From the human T2T-CHM13v2.0 reference genome, Homo sapiens: a stretch of 64,000 nt of DNA. Shown in pieces: positions 1 to 16,426 of this stretch. The first letter of the stretch is position 1; each line of letters opens with the position of its first letter. A program made the position numbers and the translations under genes. The stretch lies in NCBI RefSeq assembly GCF_009914755.1, contig NC_060928.1; one strand, 5' to 3'. The notes below the pieces were generated by a model. That model ran no database searches and had not been told where the DNA came from. It saw only the letters and a list, made by a program, of their open reading frames with translations.

Positions 1-199
1 GGCATTGATTGACAGACCTGAGCTTTCCCTTAGATTTCTTAGGACTGTAAATGCAGCCCACTCGCTGTCTGCACGCTTTCTGGGATGAGGGGATGCCAAG
101 TAGTCCCTACCCTCTTTAAAAATATCGGTGGGAACCCAAGCTAGTGTGAGGATGAGGGAGGTGCCTTGTAAAAGCCACAAAAGAAGGGATGAAAACAGA

Positions 200-540
200 A
201 AACTTTTATATTGTCAAATGTTGTAAACAAAGTCAACAACATGATAAACTGAAGAAATTATTGACAGTGGACATGGCATACAAGATGTTAAGTCCATGAT
301 GTATAAAGAGGTTCGGATCAAGGAGGGACAGTCCTATGGAAACTGGGCCGAGTATATAACGGAATCCACCAAGGAAGAAAGCGGAATGGCCAATAAGCAT
401 ATGCAGAGATTCTTGACTAGTAATCAGAGCAGGGCAAACAAAACAACCCATATGCCAGTTTTTGTTTATCATATTGTAAAAATTTAAAGATTGATGATCT
501 CTACCCCGCACAAGAAACGAGGTGAACAGGTGCTCTTGAA
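200..540 (+). mobile_element. Ancient L1M ORF2 C-terminal fragment
   Basis: ORF 296-487 (YKE...WAE...TKEE..MANKHMQR) matches L1 ORF2p KWAKDMNRQFTKEEIQMANKHMKR. Confidence 0.75.
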
Positions 541-569
541 ATACTGTGGATGTGAATACAGGTTGACTG

Positions 570-1000
570 AGCTGGTATCTCCACTGCCACCACCGTCGTC
601 CAGGCTGCTGTGGGCTCCAGCCTGAACTGTTATAAATGCCCTAGCACCTTTTCTTGGCCCAAATCACTTCTGGACACAAATCAGACCCTGCTACACTACT
701 CTTTAAAACCCTTCAGTAGTTTACGCTCTTCCCAGTTTGAACACTGAACCCCATCACCCGTGCCTCAAGGCTCTGCGTGGCCTCACTCCCGTTTACCTCT
801 TCATCCTCATATAGGCCCCCTTCCGTGTTCCCTTGCCCTTCATCCACACAGGTCACACGCAGCTCATTTCCTCCCGGGTGCTGCTGTCTTTTCTGCCTGG
901 AGCCTTTGCAGTTTGCAGGTGTTTTACTCTGGAAAGTCCCACCTCACCTCCACAACTTTTCAACCTTCAGGTCTCAGCTCAAGTGGCACTTCCATAGGAA
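570..1000 (+). mobile_element. L2 3' fragment
   Basis: aaatcagaccctgctacact..aaaacccttca, gcctttgcagtttgc, tcaggtctcagctcaagtggcac resemble the L2 consensus. Confidence 0.6.
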
Positions 1001-1223
1001 GCTGTTTAAAATAAATGCCCAGTAAAATGGTCTTGGTTAAATACGTTATTGTACAGCTACACACTGGAATGCTCTGTAGCTGTTTGGAAAAAAGATAAAA
1101 TGCTTGTGTTTTCCCTAGGTAAAGATGTTCATGATGTGTTATTAATTGAAGAAGTTTGAGAGTAATTTGTATAGTTTGCTACCATTTTGGTAAAAAATGT
1201 GTACCTTCATATATTTGTGATTT

Positions 1224-1226
<3 letters not shown>

Positions 1227-1269
<43 letters not shown>
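1227..1269. repeat. (CA)n microsatellite within an L1ME-like 3' end (about 1010-1400)
   Basis: About 21 perfect CA units. Confidence 0.95.
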
Positions 1270-1273
<4 letters not shown>

Positions 1274-2800
1274 AGAGTCCAAAAGGATACTCACCAAGAG
1301 TAATTGGCTGCCTTTTAAGGAGTACAATTTTGGGGTGAGGTTCACATTTTAAAAAATAACTATTGAAATATAATTTTTATACAATTACATTTTTGCATGT
1401 ACAGCATTTAACAAATGTGTGTATCCAGGCAAACCCCACCTCAGCTCAATTCTGGCCCCACCCTAGGAATGTTGGTGGCTGTTAGGGTTATTTTGGTTGT
1501 TTGTATAGTGAGTTCCTGCAGTCTGTCTCCCCGGGAGCGTGCGGCAACTGATGTTTTGACTTAGGTCTTTTGGTTCTTTTGGTTTTTAAGTTCTTGTTTT
1601 TATCTTTAAGCCTGTCTTCCTGAGTGCTGGCCCTGGCTCCGCATAGCTTAGTGGTCAGCCACTGATTGGTCAGAGGTTGTGCTTCAGCACCCCTGATGTG
1701 TTTTCATAACCTCCCTGGGTGTGGGGCTTCTCAGTGGCTGCTGCAGCGTGGAGCTGGAAAGGAGGGAAGTGGGAGCCGCCCTGTGTAGAAACACCATGGG
1801 CACTTGCTGTTCTTACTGAGATTCCGTGTTTTTTCTTAAATAAGCACTTCTCAATCTGTTCTATAATTTTGGTGAATTTCCAAAGTACTAAAATGGTTGC
1901 TTTTGACAGTTTCATCCAGTTTTATTATTGCTCCTGGGAGAGAGATTTTGCCGAGCTCCTCCCTGTGGCATTCCAGAAGTCTGGATAATTCATACTTGCA
2001 TTTATTTATCGTTAAAGATGTCTCGGTAAAATTATTTCACCTGCTGATGTTACCCAGGTTCCCGTTTATTTTCATTGCACAGGTTCCAGGATGCCAGTGC
2101 TGGCTGGGGTGGCTGTATAACTCTAAATCACAGAGATCTGTTACCCATTACCATGGCCTCTTAGGTTCTATGCTAAACTCAGGGAAATTCTTGACTCAAT
2201 TCTATTATCAGAAGGGTATAAGGGCAAGTCACCTCCCACCCCTCCCAGAAAATATGGGGCAACATTGAGGGTGGGAGCAGAAGAGACTATCCCAGTGGCC
2301 TCCCTGGCCCCCAGTTCACTTTGCAAATTGCTGAAAGTTCACGCTTTAGGACTGCTTTCATCCTGGTTTTCCACTCAAAGGTAGACATTGGAATTGCTGG
2401 ATTGTTAGGAGTCGTATGGACTTTGCTTGTCACGTGGAGATTTGAATCTTAATTGGGACCTGGCAGAGGCTTTGAATACACAGGTTAATGTTTCTAATGT
2501 ATACCTCACTTTGCCGTTTGCTTCAGCTACATCGCAAACCCATAGCTGCTTCTCTGGCTGTTGCCGTCGTCTCGCTATCCCTAGCCGCCTCCTTTAACCT
2601 CTTGTCAGCTGGAAAGATTATTAGGAGCCATGAATGTCCTTTAATATGGTTATCTTTGTTACTATTGAGTTTACAGTTTTTCACCAGAATCTATGTGCCT
2701 CTTTCTCTTCTTTACCCTAATTACTGTCCTAACATTGACCCAGCCACCAGTACTAGGGATGCCCTAGCTTTATGCTCACCTATTTTATCCATAAAAAATC

Positions 2801-3031
2801 TTCAGACCAGCCTGGGCAACATAGCGGGACCCTGTATCTACCAAAAAAAAAAAAAAAAAAAAAAAAAAGCTGGGTGTGGTGCCACACACCTGTAGTTCCA
2901 GCTACTTGGGAGGCCAAGGTGGGAGGATCGCTTGGGCCCAGGAGTTCAAAGCTGCAGTGATCCCTGATTGCATGACTGCACTCCATCCTGAGCAACAGAG
3001 AGGGACCCTGTCTCAAAAAAAAAAAAAAAAA
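2801..3031 (+). mobile_element. AluJ, 5' truncated, expanded middle A tract
   Basis: gggaggatcgcttgggcccaggagttcaaagctgcagtg; poly-A tail ends about 70 nt before exon 3. Confidence 0.9.
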
Positions 3032-3099
3032 TCTTCAGTGCCCTTTTCATGCTCCGGTTTTGGATTCAGTGGCCTAATTCTTGCATTTTCTGACTGCAG

Positions 3100-3309
3100 G
3101 CATTGATGACGGGGAGCCTTCCTGGCTTTGTCGACGTCATCAGGAACCTCAATTCTCCTGCACTGCTGGAAGACAGTGTGATAAGACAAGCAAAAGCAGC
3201 TGGAAAAAGAATAGTCTTTTATGGAGATGAAACCTGGGTTAAATTATTCCCAAAGCATTTTGTGGAATATGATGGAACAACCTCATTTTTCGTGTCAGAT
3301 TACACAGAG
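3100..3309 (+). CDS. PIGG: PIGG coding exon 3 (210 nt, phase 0-0): ALMTGSLPGFVDV...YGDETW...SFFVSDYTE
   Basis: ctgcag| acceptor, |gtcagt donor; YGDETW and SFFVSDYTEVD motifs of the PIGG/PIGO/PIGN alkaline-phosphatase-superfamily domain. Exons 1-2 lie upstream of the window. Confidence 0.97.
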
Positions 3310-4489
3310 GTCAGTTTTTAAAATAAGAAAATATATCATACTAGAATATCATACTAGATAGAGCCTGGCATCCCATTACTTAGTGAGAGATGATACCATT
3401 TTATATTTGGTTTTATTAATTTATAGGGAGTACTATGGACAGGTGTAAAAATTATTCACTCACATAATCAGTTAACAACCCAGAAATACAAACCTGAAGC
3501 AGGTGTGAGCAGAGTTTTATGGAACCCAAAGCTTAGAACAGCTGAGTGCCATTGAGGGGCAGAGAGGATCAGGAAGGGTGACACAGCCAAGGGACTGTCT
3601 GAGCCGAGATATGATGGGTGAGTGGGGACTCCCCAGGTGGGCAGAACAGGCTGGTAGCTTCTGCACATGGCAGAGCTGTAGGACTCCACAGCCTGTTGGT
3701 TCTGCTGCAAGCGGAGCCTCATCGTGCCCTGAGGGCAGGTGGCCGACTGGGTGGGGCCTGGTCCTGAGGGGGTTTTCCTGGAGCTTTTCCAACAAAAATT
3801 AGACCTGCATGTTAGAAAGCAGACCTGGGGCTGAGGTAGGAGCACACCAGCACACCTGCCTGGCCTGGGGTTTAGCCAGCTTCACCTCCTAGATGGCTGG
3901 GCCTTATGGAGCATCTGTAGTCCTATCCTGTTCCAAAGTGGGGCGCTTTTCAACAGTTACTTTTCAGTAATGACTGAGTTTTCCTGACTATATATGGCAT
4001 CACTGAGAAACACTTCTCTTCATAGGAGATTTTTTTAGTGGGAGGGAGATGAGCTAGCTGAGGGGTCAGGGCTCACCAGGCTGACAGCTCTATTGGGGGC
4101 TGATCAACTGCTCATCTCTCCTCCGTGATGTGTTTATTTCAGAAATCAATGTGATCATTGAGTGCTGTGTCTTTTTCAGAACAGCCTTCTTGTAGGACAC
4201 ATGTAGATGCCCTCAGCTTCATCGTCCTGCTGGTTACTTTAACGCTGGGTACTGTCCTGTCTTTAATTAACTGCCCTTTGCCCTTAGTTACCTCATGACA
4301 ACTTGGGATCTATTTAACTTGCCCATTTGCTCACCTTCAGTTATGCCCATTAAGCCCAGCAGTGATCCCACAGAAAAATATTTTTGTCAGAAGAACCCTT
4401 GCTCATTTAAATTATCTGTAGAATATATTCGATCCATAGCCCAGAAACATAAAAACAATATTAGCAAAAGTTTAATCCAATGCTAATGT

Positions 4490-4621
4490 TCATTTATTTA
4501 TTATAGACGTGGGGTCTTGCTATGTTGCCCAGGTGGGTCCTGAACTCTTGGCCTCAAGCAGTCTTCCCGCTTCAGCCTCCTCAAGTGTTGAGATGAAAGG
4601 CATGAGCTGCTGTGTCCAGCC
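4490..4621 (-). mobile_element. Alu monomer (FLAM/AluJ left arm)
   Basis: gggtcttgctatgttgcccagg...ggcctcaagc...catgagc. Confidence 0.85.
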
Positions 4622-4786
4622 TATTTATTTATTTTTAATGACATAGATTTTGTTGTGTTTCAACTCCCCCAAATCCTGTAACCTGAATAAACCCCTAGAT
4701 TTTAAGATGACTGTTGCGTTTTCCCCGGGGAGTGAAGATCCAGGGAAATTAGGTGAGTTGTTTATACGTGTGTTTCCCCTTCAAAG

Positions 4787-4975
4787 GTGGATAATAATGT
4801 CACGAGGCATTTGGATAAAGTATTAAAAAGAGGAGATTGGGACATATTAATCCTCCACTACCTGGGGCTGGACCACATTGGCCACATTTCAGGGCCCAAC
4901 AGCCCCCTGATTGGGCAGAAGCTGAGCGAGATGGACAGCGTGCTGATGAAGATCCACACCTCACTGCAGTCGAAG
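4787..4975 (+). CDS. PIGG: PIGG coding exon 4 (189 nt): VDNNVTRHL...HYLGLDHIGH...SLQSK
   Basis: tcaaag|GTG acceptor, AAG|gtgagg donor; metal-binding HYLGLDHIGH motif. Confidence 0.97.
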
Positions 4976-5233
4976 GTGAGGCTCGCCGTCGCTCACTGTC
5001 TGCTGATGTGGTTTCACGTGGATGTTCCCTAGAATAAATGCAACCGCCTGAGTTATTCAGGGTGCATGTGTGAATGTCCACCATCAGTCTGCTAGCCAGG
5101 GGCCGCATGCCACACGGGCAGCACTGTCTCAGTGTCCACTGCACTGACTCCGTCTTCCAGCAGCCCTGCAGAACAGCAGCTCTCACTCCTACCCGTGTAT
5201 GCATTCATTCAACTAATACCTCCTGAAGACCTT

Positions 5234-5440
5234 TTGTGCCACTCTCTCTGTTCTGTATCACTCTCTCTGTTCTGTGCCACTCTGTTCTGTGTCACTTTCT
5301 GTTCTGTGTCACTCTCTGTTCTGTGTCACTCTCTCTTCTGTGTCACTCTCTGTTCTGTGTCACTCTCTCTGCTCTGTGCCACTGTCTCTGTTCTGTGTCA
5401 CTCTGTCTGTTCTGTGTCTCTGTTTCTGTTCTATGTCACT
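5234..5440. repeat. Pyrimidine-rich minisatellite, 17-19 bp unit (tgtcactctctgttctg)
   Basis: About 11 degenerate tandem copies. Confidence 0.9.
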
Positions 5441-6210
5441 TTTTGTCCATGCATTTGGGTGCATCAGTGAAACAGTCGATAATCCCTCGTGAAGCTCACG
5501 CTCTAGCCAGGAGAGATGAGAAAGATGAGTAAATAAGTATGTGAGGAGGTGATGGGTGCTGCAGAAACTCAGAGGGCAGGAGGAGGGGCTTTCAACAGCG
5601 TGTTGAGAGAAGCCTTCCCTGAAGACGTGTGCAGGGTGAGCAGAGACTTGAAGGGAGGGAGGGGCAGACCATGTGGTCTGTGCACGAGTGTTCCAGGAGG
5701 ACCAGCAGCGAGGGTCAGGCACAGCCTGCCTGGCTTGTCCCGGAGCAGCAAAGGATGTGTGGCTGCAACCCCAGGGGCAGAGAAGCCTGGTGGGTGCCCC
5801 CACATGGCTCAGAGCTCTTGCCTTTTGCTGTGTGTTGTGTTCTCACCAGAGTCCTGTGAAAGATTCCATTTGACAGATGAGGCGACCAAGGCACAGAGTA
5901 GAATGCGTCCAGAGTCTCACAGCTTGGCAGTGGCAAAGACAGAAACCAGATACAAACCGTCTGCCATCAGAGGGCAGAAATGCAGCCTGCTGTGCTCCAT
6001 GAGCTGTGTACAATTCTGTGAACTTCATTTATGGCATTATTTGACTGTGACCCTGTGATCTGGCTATGAGCTCATAGGAAAAAAAAATCTAATTCATTGA
6101 GAAAGAGCTACAACTCTATAAAGTAAAGCTAAAACCGAAAATTGTCTTCTTAAGATGATGTGCTCTCTTCAGTCTGAACGCAGTTGAAATGTTTTTCCTT
6201 TGCCTTAAAG

Positions 6211-6352
6211 GAGAGAGAGACGCCTTTACCCAATTTGCTGGTTCTTTGTGGTGACCATGGCATGTCTGAAACAGGAAGTCACGGGGCCTCCTCCACCGAG
6301 GAGGTGAATACACCTCTGATTTTAATCAGTTCTGCGTTTGAAAGGAAACCCG
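6211..6352 (+). CDS. PIGG: PIGG coding exon 5 (142 nt): ERETPLPNLLVLCGDHGMSETGSHG...
   Basis: ttaaag| acceptor, G|gtgaga donor; GDHGM catalytic motif. Confidence 0.97.
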
Positions 6353-7423
6353 GTGAGAATTTAGGAATGTTAACAGTTGGAAATTGTATTACATTTGTTT
6401 TCTATAGTCTGGTTTTAATTTTGAAAACCTATTTTTTAGAAGCTCCATAAGGTTGAAGTCCCCAAGCAATGTGAGCATGAAAAGTAATTGGGCAAAAGGC
6501 TTTTGGGATCTGAAGTTACGTTCCTTCCCGAATCCTTAAAATACAGTTATTCTTTGTCAGAATTTTGTTGTATGAATGTTGCTGCCTGGATATCTGGAAC
6601 TGTTGAGAAAAATTGCCAGTAGCTCAGAGACATCTGGACAGCATGTGTGAACTGAAGGAAACGTGAATACCTCGGCTTTTTTAAAAGTTTGCATTATTGT
6701 AAACCATCTATTGAATAGCAGTGTCAACAAGAGTCATGGGACCCGGCCAGAGCAGGACAGACAGAGGCCCCGTCTGTCAGTATTCAGACACGCCCCAAAC
6801 ACACACACACCCCACTCTGACCTGTGCCCAGACTCAGCCGCCAGCCTATGCACTCTGCCCTCGCGGCCGCCGGCCTTGCTGTCCTGTCGGCGGCTGCCTT
6901 CCACTTGCGCCTGGCTTCTGCTGCCACACTCGCTGCCTCACTCTTGGTGAGCTCAGCGGTAATTTCTGCCGTCAGGCACAGCAGACGCTTTCGGGCGCTG
7001 CTCTCACTGACCCTTCAGCACCCTTAGTGCTGCTGGTCCCGTAGCTTCTGGGACCTCACATCTTTCTGGTTTTCCTCCTTTTCTCTCCTTTGCCAGCCTA
7101 GTTTCCTTTCCCTGGTCTTTTTTACTGGACTGCCTTCTTGTTTCGTTCTGCATTAGCCCTGGAGATACGGTCTCATCTGCCTCTGTGGTTGTAAATGCCG
7201 TGGATAGGCCCCACACCGGTCAGATTGATCTCTCTAAGTGTCCCCATTCATCATTCTTGGCATAATTTGTCATTGCAGACTTATTGATGGATTTTGTTTA
7301 TTTATGGGATTCATGTAACATCTGCCTCCACATTACACTTTAAGCCAGATGAGGACAGGACCATGTCTCTTTTGCCCACCATGATCTCCACCTGACCTCT
7401 TATATCTTTTTATGAAGCTTCTT

Positions 7424-7936
7424 GGCCGAGACCAGCTCGGTCCGGGAGACTTTGACCCAGCAGCGCTAGAGGAATTAAAGACACACACACAGAAATACAG
7501 AGGTGTGAAGTGGGAAATCAGGGGTCTCACAGCCTTCAGAGCTGACAGCCCTGAAGAGAGATTTAGCCACGTATTTATTAACGGCAAACCAGTCATTAGC
7601 ATTGGTTCTACTGATTCTAAATTAACTAAAAGTATCCCTTATGGGAAACGAAGGGATGGGCTGAATTAAAGGAATAGATGGGGCTAGTTAACCGCAGCAG
7701 GAGCATGTCCTTAAGGCACGGTTCTCTCATGCTATTGTTTGTGGCTTAAGAATGCCTTTAAGCGGTTTTCCACCCTGGGCGGGCCAGGTGTTCCTTACCC
7801 TCATTCCCGTAAACCCACAGCCTTCCAGCGTGGGCGTCATGGCCATCATGAACATGTCACAGTGCTGCAGAGATTTTGTTTATGGCCAGTTTTAGGGCCA
7901 GTTTATGGCCAGATTTTGGGAGGCTTGTTCCCAACA
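7424..7936 (-). mobile_element. Solo LTR MER9 (HERV-K9/HML-3)
   Basis: Reverse complement begins TGTTGGGAACAAGCCTCCCAAAATCTGGCCATAAACTGGCC; 6-bp TSD CTTCTT at 7418-7423 and 7937-7942. Confidence 0.88.
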
Positions 7937-8393
7937 CTTCTTCATCTTGAATGTCTGACCTGAGCAGAGCTAGGAATGGTGGGGGCAGCTGCATGCGTGC
8001 AGGCTGCCTGCAAGTGCCGGACTCATCACCAGCTTCAGTCCTGAGAGTTGGTTCTGTTTTGTTTTCTTTATTCTCATCATACCTGTTTCGTGAGCCAGGA
8101 CTGTACTCTGGTGTACTCACAGCATTGGGCCACCATCATCACAGTCAATTTTACATCATTTTCCTCACCTCAGAAAGAAACCCCATACTCTTCTGCAGCC
8201 ACCTTCCTCTTCCCCAGCCCAGTCTTCTCTCCCTCCCCCAACCCTAGGTAATCAGCGTCATTGTCTGTAGATTTGCCTCTTCTGCATGTTTTGTGTAAAT
8301 GAAACCATATGGTCTCGTGTGCCTGGCTTCTTTCATGTAGGATAGTGTTTTTCCAGGTTCATAGTTATAGCATGTATCAAGACTTCATTTCTA

Positions 8394-8700
<307 letters not shown>

Positions 8701-8899
8701 AAGACTTCATTTCTTTTGTTATTAAATAGTCTTCCATTGCATGGATTTAACACATTCATTGACCATTCTTGAGCTGATGGACATTTGGGTTGTTTCCACT
8801 TTCTGGCTGTGATGAATAATGACGCTGTGATCATCTGTGTGTAGCTTTTTGTGTGGATGTATATTTCCTATGTTGTCATTTTCTTACCCAGTATAGCTG

Positions 8900-9858
<959 letters not shown>

Positions 9859-9918
9859 CCATTATCATATTTTTTTAACACCAGAGTTTCATTTGATGCT
9901 TTTTAAAAAATAATTTCT

Positions 9919-10220
<302 letters not shown>

Positions 10221-11189
10221 TTTTTATCTCTTTATTGATATTCTCTATTTGATGAGGAAAAGAAGAGCATGGGGAGATGGGAAGGAGATCGCATAATCCT
10301 CTATCGGGAGCTGGGGGAATGAGAGGGAGATCGTATAACCAACCCTCCTTCTGGAGCTGGGGGAAAGGGAGCTCTGTGTTCTGGGCTGCACCCACCACAG
10401 GAGAGTTTCTGCCCCACTGGGCTAGGAGGGGGAGGGAGGGAGCAGGCCACGGTTCAAGGGCTGCAGACTCTTAGGCTTCTTACCAAGGCCTAGTGGATTT
10501 TCTTGAATAAAGATTTCTTTGTTTGTTCTGTATCCCTAGACAATTTCCAGAGACTGTGAATGGTGGTAGTGGTGGTTTTTAAAATGTTTACCACTTATGC
10601 TTGTTTTATTGATAAGCAAGTTTATGGAGCTACTCTTAACACTATTCCCTATAGTTCTGAAGGATTTTTATCTTAAAAATGCACGGAAATTTTTGTTTTG
10701 TTATGTTAATAAAAATAAATGTTAAAATGCTTATTATTTTGAAAATAAGCGGTTTTGGATTGTGTAGTGAGTGACTTCAGAGACCTTCAGCCCACCACCG
10801 CCCACCCCTAGAGTGCTGACCTCCCTGTGTGGGCAGTACAGGTCTGGCCACTCCAGAGTCAAGGGGTGTGGGAAGGAGAGCATGCCTGTACCTGGACTTC
10901 CACAGAGGGCAGAGCAGGTCTGTTTTATTTTCGGCCTCTTGCTACTAGAATGTTTGACCCTGTTTGTTGTTCTGTTCCCCTGGTACCTGGCACCTAGTGG
11001 ATGTTTTATCATTTGTGGATTGAATGTTGAAGACTCAGCAGGCGAGCCAGTGGAGGTAGAGACCGGCGGTGAAAGGATGCTGCTGGGCTGTGGGAATGGT
11101 TTTCTGAAGTGCTGGAACTTCTTTCATGGCCCCTTATCGTCAGTGGGGCGCAATCCACAGGCCTACCCTGTGTTTGTATTTCAGAATTA

Positions 11190-11430
11190 CAGTTATTAAA
11201 ATAGTTTGTGCAGGCAAGAACTGGTCACAAACCAATCAAAGGTGCAAAATCAAGAGGCCAGAAATAGACCTCAGTGTATCTGGGGACTTGGTGACAAAGG
11301 TGGCATCTCAGATTAGTGCAGAGAAGACATGGTGCTCAATAAATGATGCTGGTACCCCTGGCTGACCTTTTGGAAAAAGGTAATGCAGACTCTCTGCCTT
11401 ATTCTTTACAACAATATCAATCCAGGTCAA
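11190..11430 (+). mobile_element. Ancient L1 ORF2 fragment
   Basis: QTNQRCKIKRPEIDLSVSGDLV.K resembles L1 [23 protein letters not shown]. Confidence 0.65.
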
Positions 11431-13354
11431 AGCATGTTAACGTCTTTAAAAGACTACAGTATGGAAAATTCTGGATGTAGAACGGTAGTCACAGTCGTAT
11501 AATAAACCCCCAAGTCCAGCTTCACCAGTTACTGGCCAATTACAGCCAATCTTCTTTCATCCGTGCCCACACTCATTTCCCTTCTCCTTTATTATTTGGA
11601 AGCAGACCTCTAAAAGGTACGTGCTCTTTACCCCCATAATCTTGATACCCTTATCACATTTAAAAAATAGTGTTAATTCCTTAATATCACTGAGTAGTGT
11701 TCATATCTCTAATATCTGTTTCTCTCTCTTTAGGTGTTTCAGCTTGTTTGAATCAGGCTACAAATAAGACCATACACTGTGATTTGTTTATGTGTCTCTT
11801 AAGTCTCTGTAAATCTGTAGGTCCCCAGCCCCAAAACTCTTTGCTTTACTACAGTTTACTCGTGCACATTTCCTTCTTGAGACCTACAGTCAGCGATTTC
11901 TCCAGGATGCCCTGCTTCTTTTTAGTGGAAGGTGGTATTTCAAGATCACTGTCTCAGAGCTACCAGTGCTAGCTCTGAGTGGTTGGTCATTGTTTCTAGA
12001 CAGAAAGAAGAAATTGTTTTAAGATAAAATGATCTTGTGTTTGTATCGATTCACCTTCAAAACTGTAAAATGACTTCTTAGGTCTTACATCTGTACTTTC
12101 TTCTTCCTAAGTTTAGAATCTTGGTTGTCAGCAACTCCAGATATGATAGAATTAGCATATCACATAATGACTCATTGGCTTTATCCCGCAATAGACACGC
12201 AACAGTCTCAGAATAACAATGCCAGTGCTGCCACTACCAGTATGAGGGTCAAAAGCAATTTAAGGTGGGTTTGTTTTTGTCTTTGTGTTTTATTTTTTGT
12301 GTCAGCTCAAAGCACTTAATGTAAGAAAATACTAGAAGAAAGAAGTACTGGAAGAAAACGGCCACACTGGAGTGGAAGGTTCTTTCTAAGCATGACCTAG
12401 AAGCCGTCATTAGAGAGTTGGCCAAGACCTGATTAATAAATTTGACCAAATTAAAAACTCGCTACAAAAAACTTACCACAATCAAAGTAAAACCTCCCCA
12501 GACTCACACCTGAGTATCTAAAGACACCTCACGCACCACCTATCCTGAGTAGCCGTCCCTGTGGCCTCTTGGCGCCCTGCCGGTGTACGTTGAATTCCAG
12601 GGTGTGGAGCTGTTTGCTGTCTTTACAGATGAAAACACTTCGACCAAGTTGAGTTTCTGCTCCGAAATCATAGTGGATGGTGGCAGAGCAGTGGCCTAGG
12701 CCCATGGTGCTGACATCACAGCCATTCTTGCAAGGAGATGGTAGGATAGCCACTCACTGTTCAGGCTTGAGCTTTAGCCAGCAGGCAGATGTCCAGCTTG
12801 TCCAAGTTGATTAGAGCACCCGGCCCAGCTGAACCTGCCTCATTCTGCGCTCCCCTATAGAAGCACCCACAGCTGCCCAGGAGCCGTGAAGGGTTTATTT
12901 TCTCCATGAGCAACAGCATGTGTGCTCGTAGAGGGCAGAGCATGGGATGCTCCAAATCCAGAGGGGCCGGGCTGTCAGCGATCCCAGCCTCACTTCATTC
13001 TCCGGTTGGCTGTTGACCTTGCCAAAGTGACAGTCCCTCCGTGTCTGCGGGACCACCTGCTTCCTCTGTGTTCAGCCCATGCTCCGTAGCCCTTACTGTA
13101 TGGAATTCCTCACATGAGCCTCTCTCGCAGCCTGTTGCAGGCTACTGAAGGAAAGACACCGTCCCTGGCATAGAATGGGTTCGGTAACTATCAACACAGC
13201 AAGCACAGGAGGTGATTCCTGTACGATTCTGTGTTGAGTGGTGTGAAGAGACGGATCATTTGGCTCATGTTAGTTGTAGAAGGTCTAATTCAAGAATGAG
13301 TACCATCTTACACTTTCTAGAAGTCTGTTACTTAAAATGTTTTCTTTCTTCTAG

Positions 13355-13567
13355 GTGATATCCGACATCCAAAGCACGTCCAACAGACGGATGTGGCTGC
13401 GACACTGGCGATAGCACTTGGCTTACCGATTCCAAAAGACAGTGTAGGGAGCCTCCTATTCCCAGTTGTGGAAGGAAGACCAATGAGAGAGCAGTTGAGA
13501 TTTTTACATTTGAATACAGTGCAGCTTAGTAAACTGTTGCAAGAGAATGTGCCGTCATATGAAAAAG
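13355..13567 (+). CDS. PIGG: PIGG coding exon 6 (213 nt): DIRHPKHVQQTDVAATLAIALGLPIP...
   Basis: tttcttctag| acceptor, AAG|gtcagt donor; QxDxAxTLAxxLGLPIP motif; phase 1 matches exon 5. Confidence 0.96.
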
Positions 13568-13957
13568 GTCAGTCAACTCACCGTTTCGAGCTCTGTCAGA
13601 GCTGTGTGTTTCCACTGAGCTCGGGTTTCTCCGATGTGTTTCTGTGGTATGCAGTTTGTCACAGGAGTATTTTTTCATCACTACTCTTTGATGATACAGA
13701 TTGTGTTTCTGTTTTCTTAGAACTTTGAACTATCACCATTGGCAGCACCCTCAGATGCAGTTATCTAAAGTTCTTTCATAAATTTATTCATTCAACAACT
13801 ATTTACCAGGATCTTGTTATGAATGAGAGGCTGTTAACAGGCACTGGAGACAGAGCAGGTACGAGGCTCTGCCCTCATGGAACCTTCCAGAGGGAGGAGA
13901 GAAAAGGAAGTGATCGATGGCCGATGGTGACGAGTACCTTAGGAAAAGAATAAACAG

Positions 13958-14394
<437 letters not shown>

Positions 14395-15693
14395 TCAGGG
14401 GATGGTCAGAGCAGGGGCCAGAGTGGCAAGGGCAGGGCAGAGGAGATGGCATTAAGGGGTGAGGGCCACTGGGCGCTGGAAGGGCTTTCACTTGTATTCT
14501 GAGTTAAATGGGGAGCTGCTGCAGGGTTTGGTGAGAGCCAGAGTCTCCCACTTGCATTTTCGAAGGCTGTCTCAGGCGCCCTCGTGGAGGATTCTGCTTT
14601 GTGCTGTAGGAGGAGACCAGTCAGGAGGCAGTGGCTGTACTTCTGTGAGAGGTGAGGGTGGCCAGGGCCCAGGCAAGGGTGGTGAAGAAGTGGTTGCATT
14701 CTGGAAAGATTCTGAAGGTCATGAAGACAGGATTTGCTCACGTGCTGCGATATTGGGTACGAGCAGACCAGAGGCGTTAGGTACGACTCCGGGGCTTTCA
14801 GCTGAAAGCAAAGAGAGTAATAATTTCCTCAGGAGGGCACGACTTAGGAGGAACAGTTCTGCAAGGCAGGTGCTTGTGGGTGGGGGTGTTGGTGTCCAGG
14901 AAGCCATGTAAAGAAGTAATTTCAGGAAGCATGGAGTGGGCAGCTGCGTCAAAGGTTGGTATTGAATAAAATCAGGAATTGAGAACTGAGCTTTGGATCT
15001 GGCCATGGAGGGTGATGAGTGGCTTCGTCAGATGGAGAGTGGGGGAAGGCCTGGCTGGTACTAGGCAGGCGAGAGCCCTAGGCAGCAGACACTGCGACTC
15101 TAATGGGAGTAGGAGGTGGAGTTGCCTGAGGCAGGTGTGGGGCCAAGGGAGGTGCCAGGAGACAGCTACAGGAAGGGTCCAGGAGAGGAACGTTTGTCTC
15201 CCTGGGATGTCTTCAGACAATCGACTCTGACGCAGCCGCGTTCATCAAGAATCATGTTTGATACTGGGACTCCTTTGAGAGCCCGGAGGAAGTCGACTCC
15301 TATTTGGGGGCAGCAGTTAATGTGGTGTTGGCAGATTTCCCTACTTGAAGTAGAGGGATACTATTACTACCAAATAGAGTGAACGTCCACAAGCTTGCGC
15401 TGAGATGTAAACCGGCCTCCTAGAGTCACGTGTGGAAGACAAACCTGGCCAGCCAAGGAGTGCTTGGGAACCGGATGTGATGAGTGTCTGGAGGCCCCAC
15501 CGAGCACCAGCTCTCACCCTGTGAGGTGGAGGACTTTGGCCATGGAGCCATTTTAGTCAAGACCAGGGACAACAGTGACTTGTGCTTTTCGTTTTTTAAA
15601 AAATAGTATGAGTTTGGTAGCTTTTGCATATTGCTTGTTTTGTTACTGTGTCCTTTTTTCTACGCTAAGAGTGATAAAAACACCAACAAAATT

Positions 15694-16426
<733 letters not shown>

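Noticed and set aside
1-3099. PIGG promoter or start codon
   Set aside because: The window starts inside intron 2; there is no CpG island, and the ATG at 3106 is internal to exon 3.
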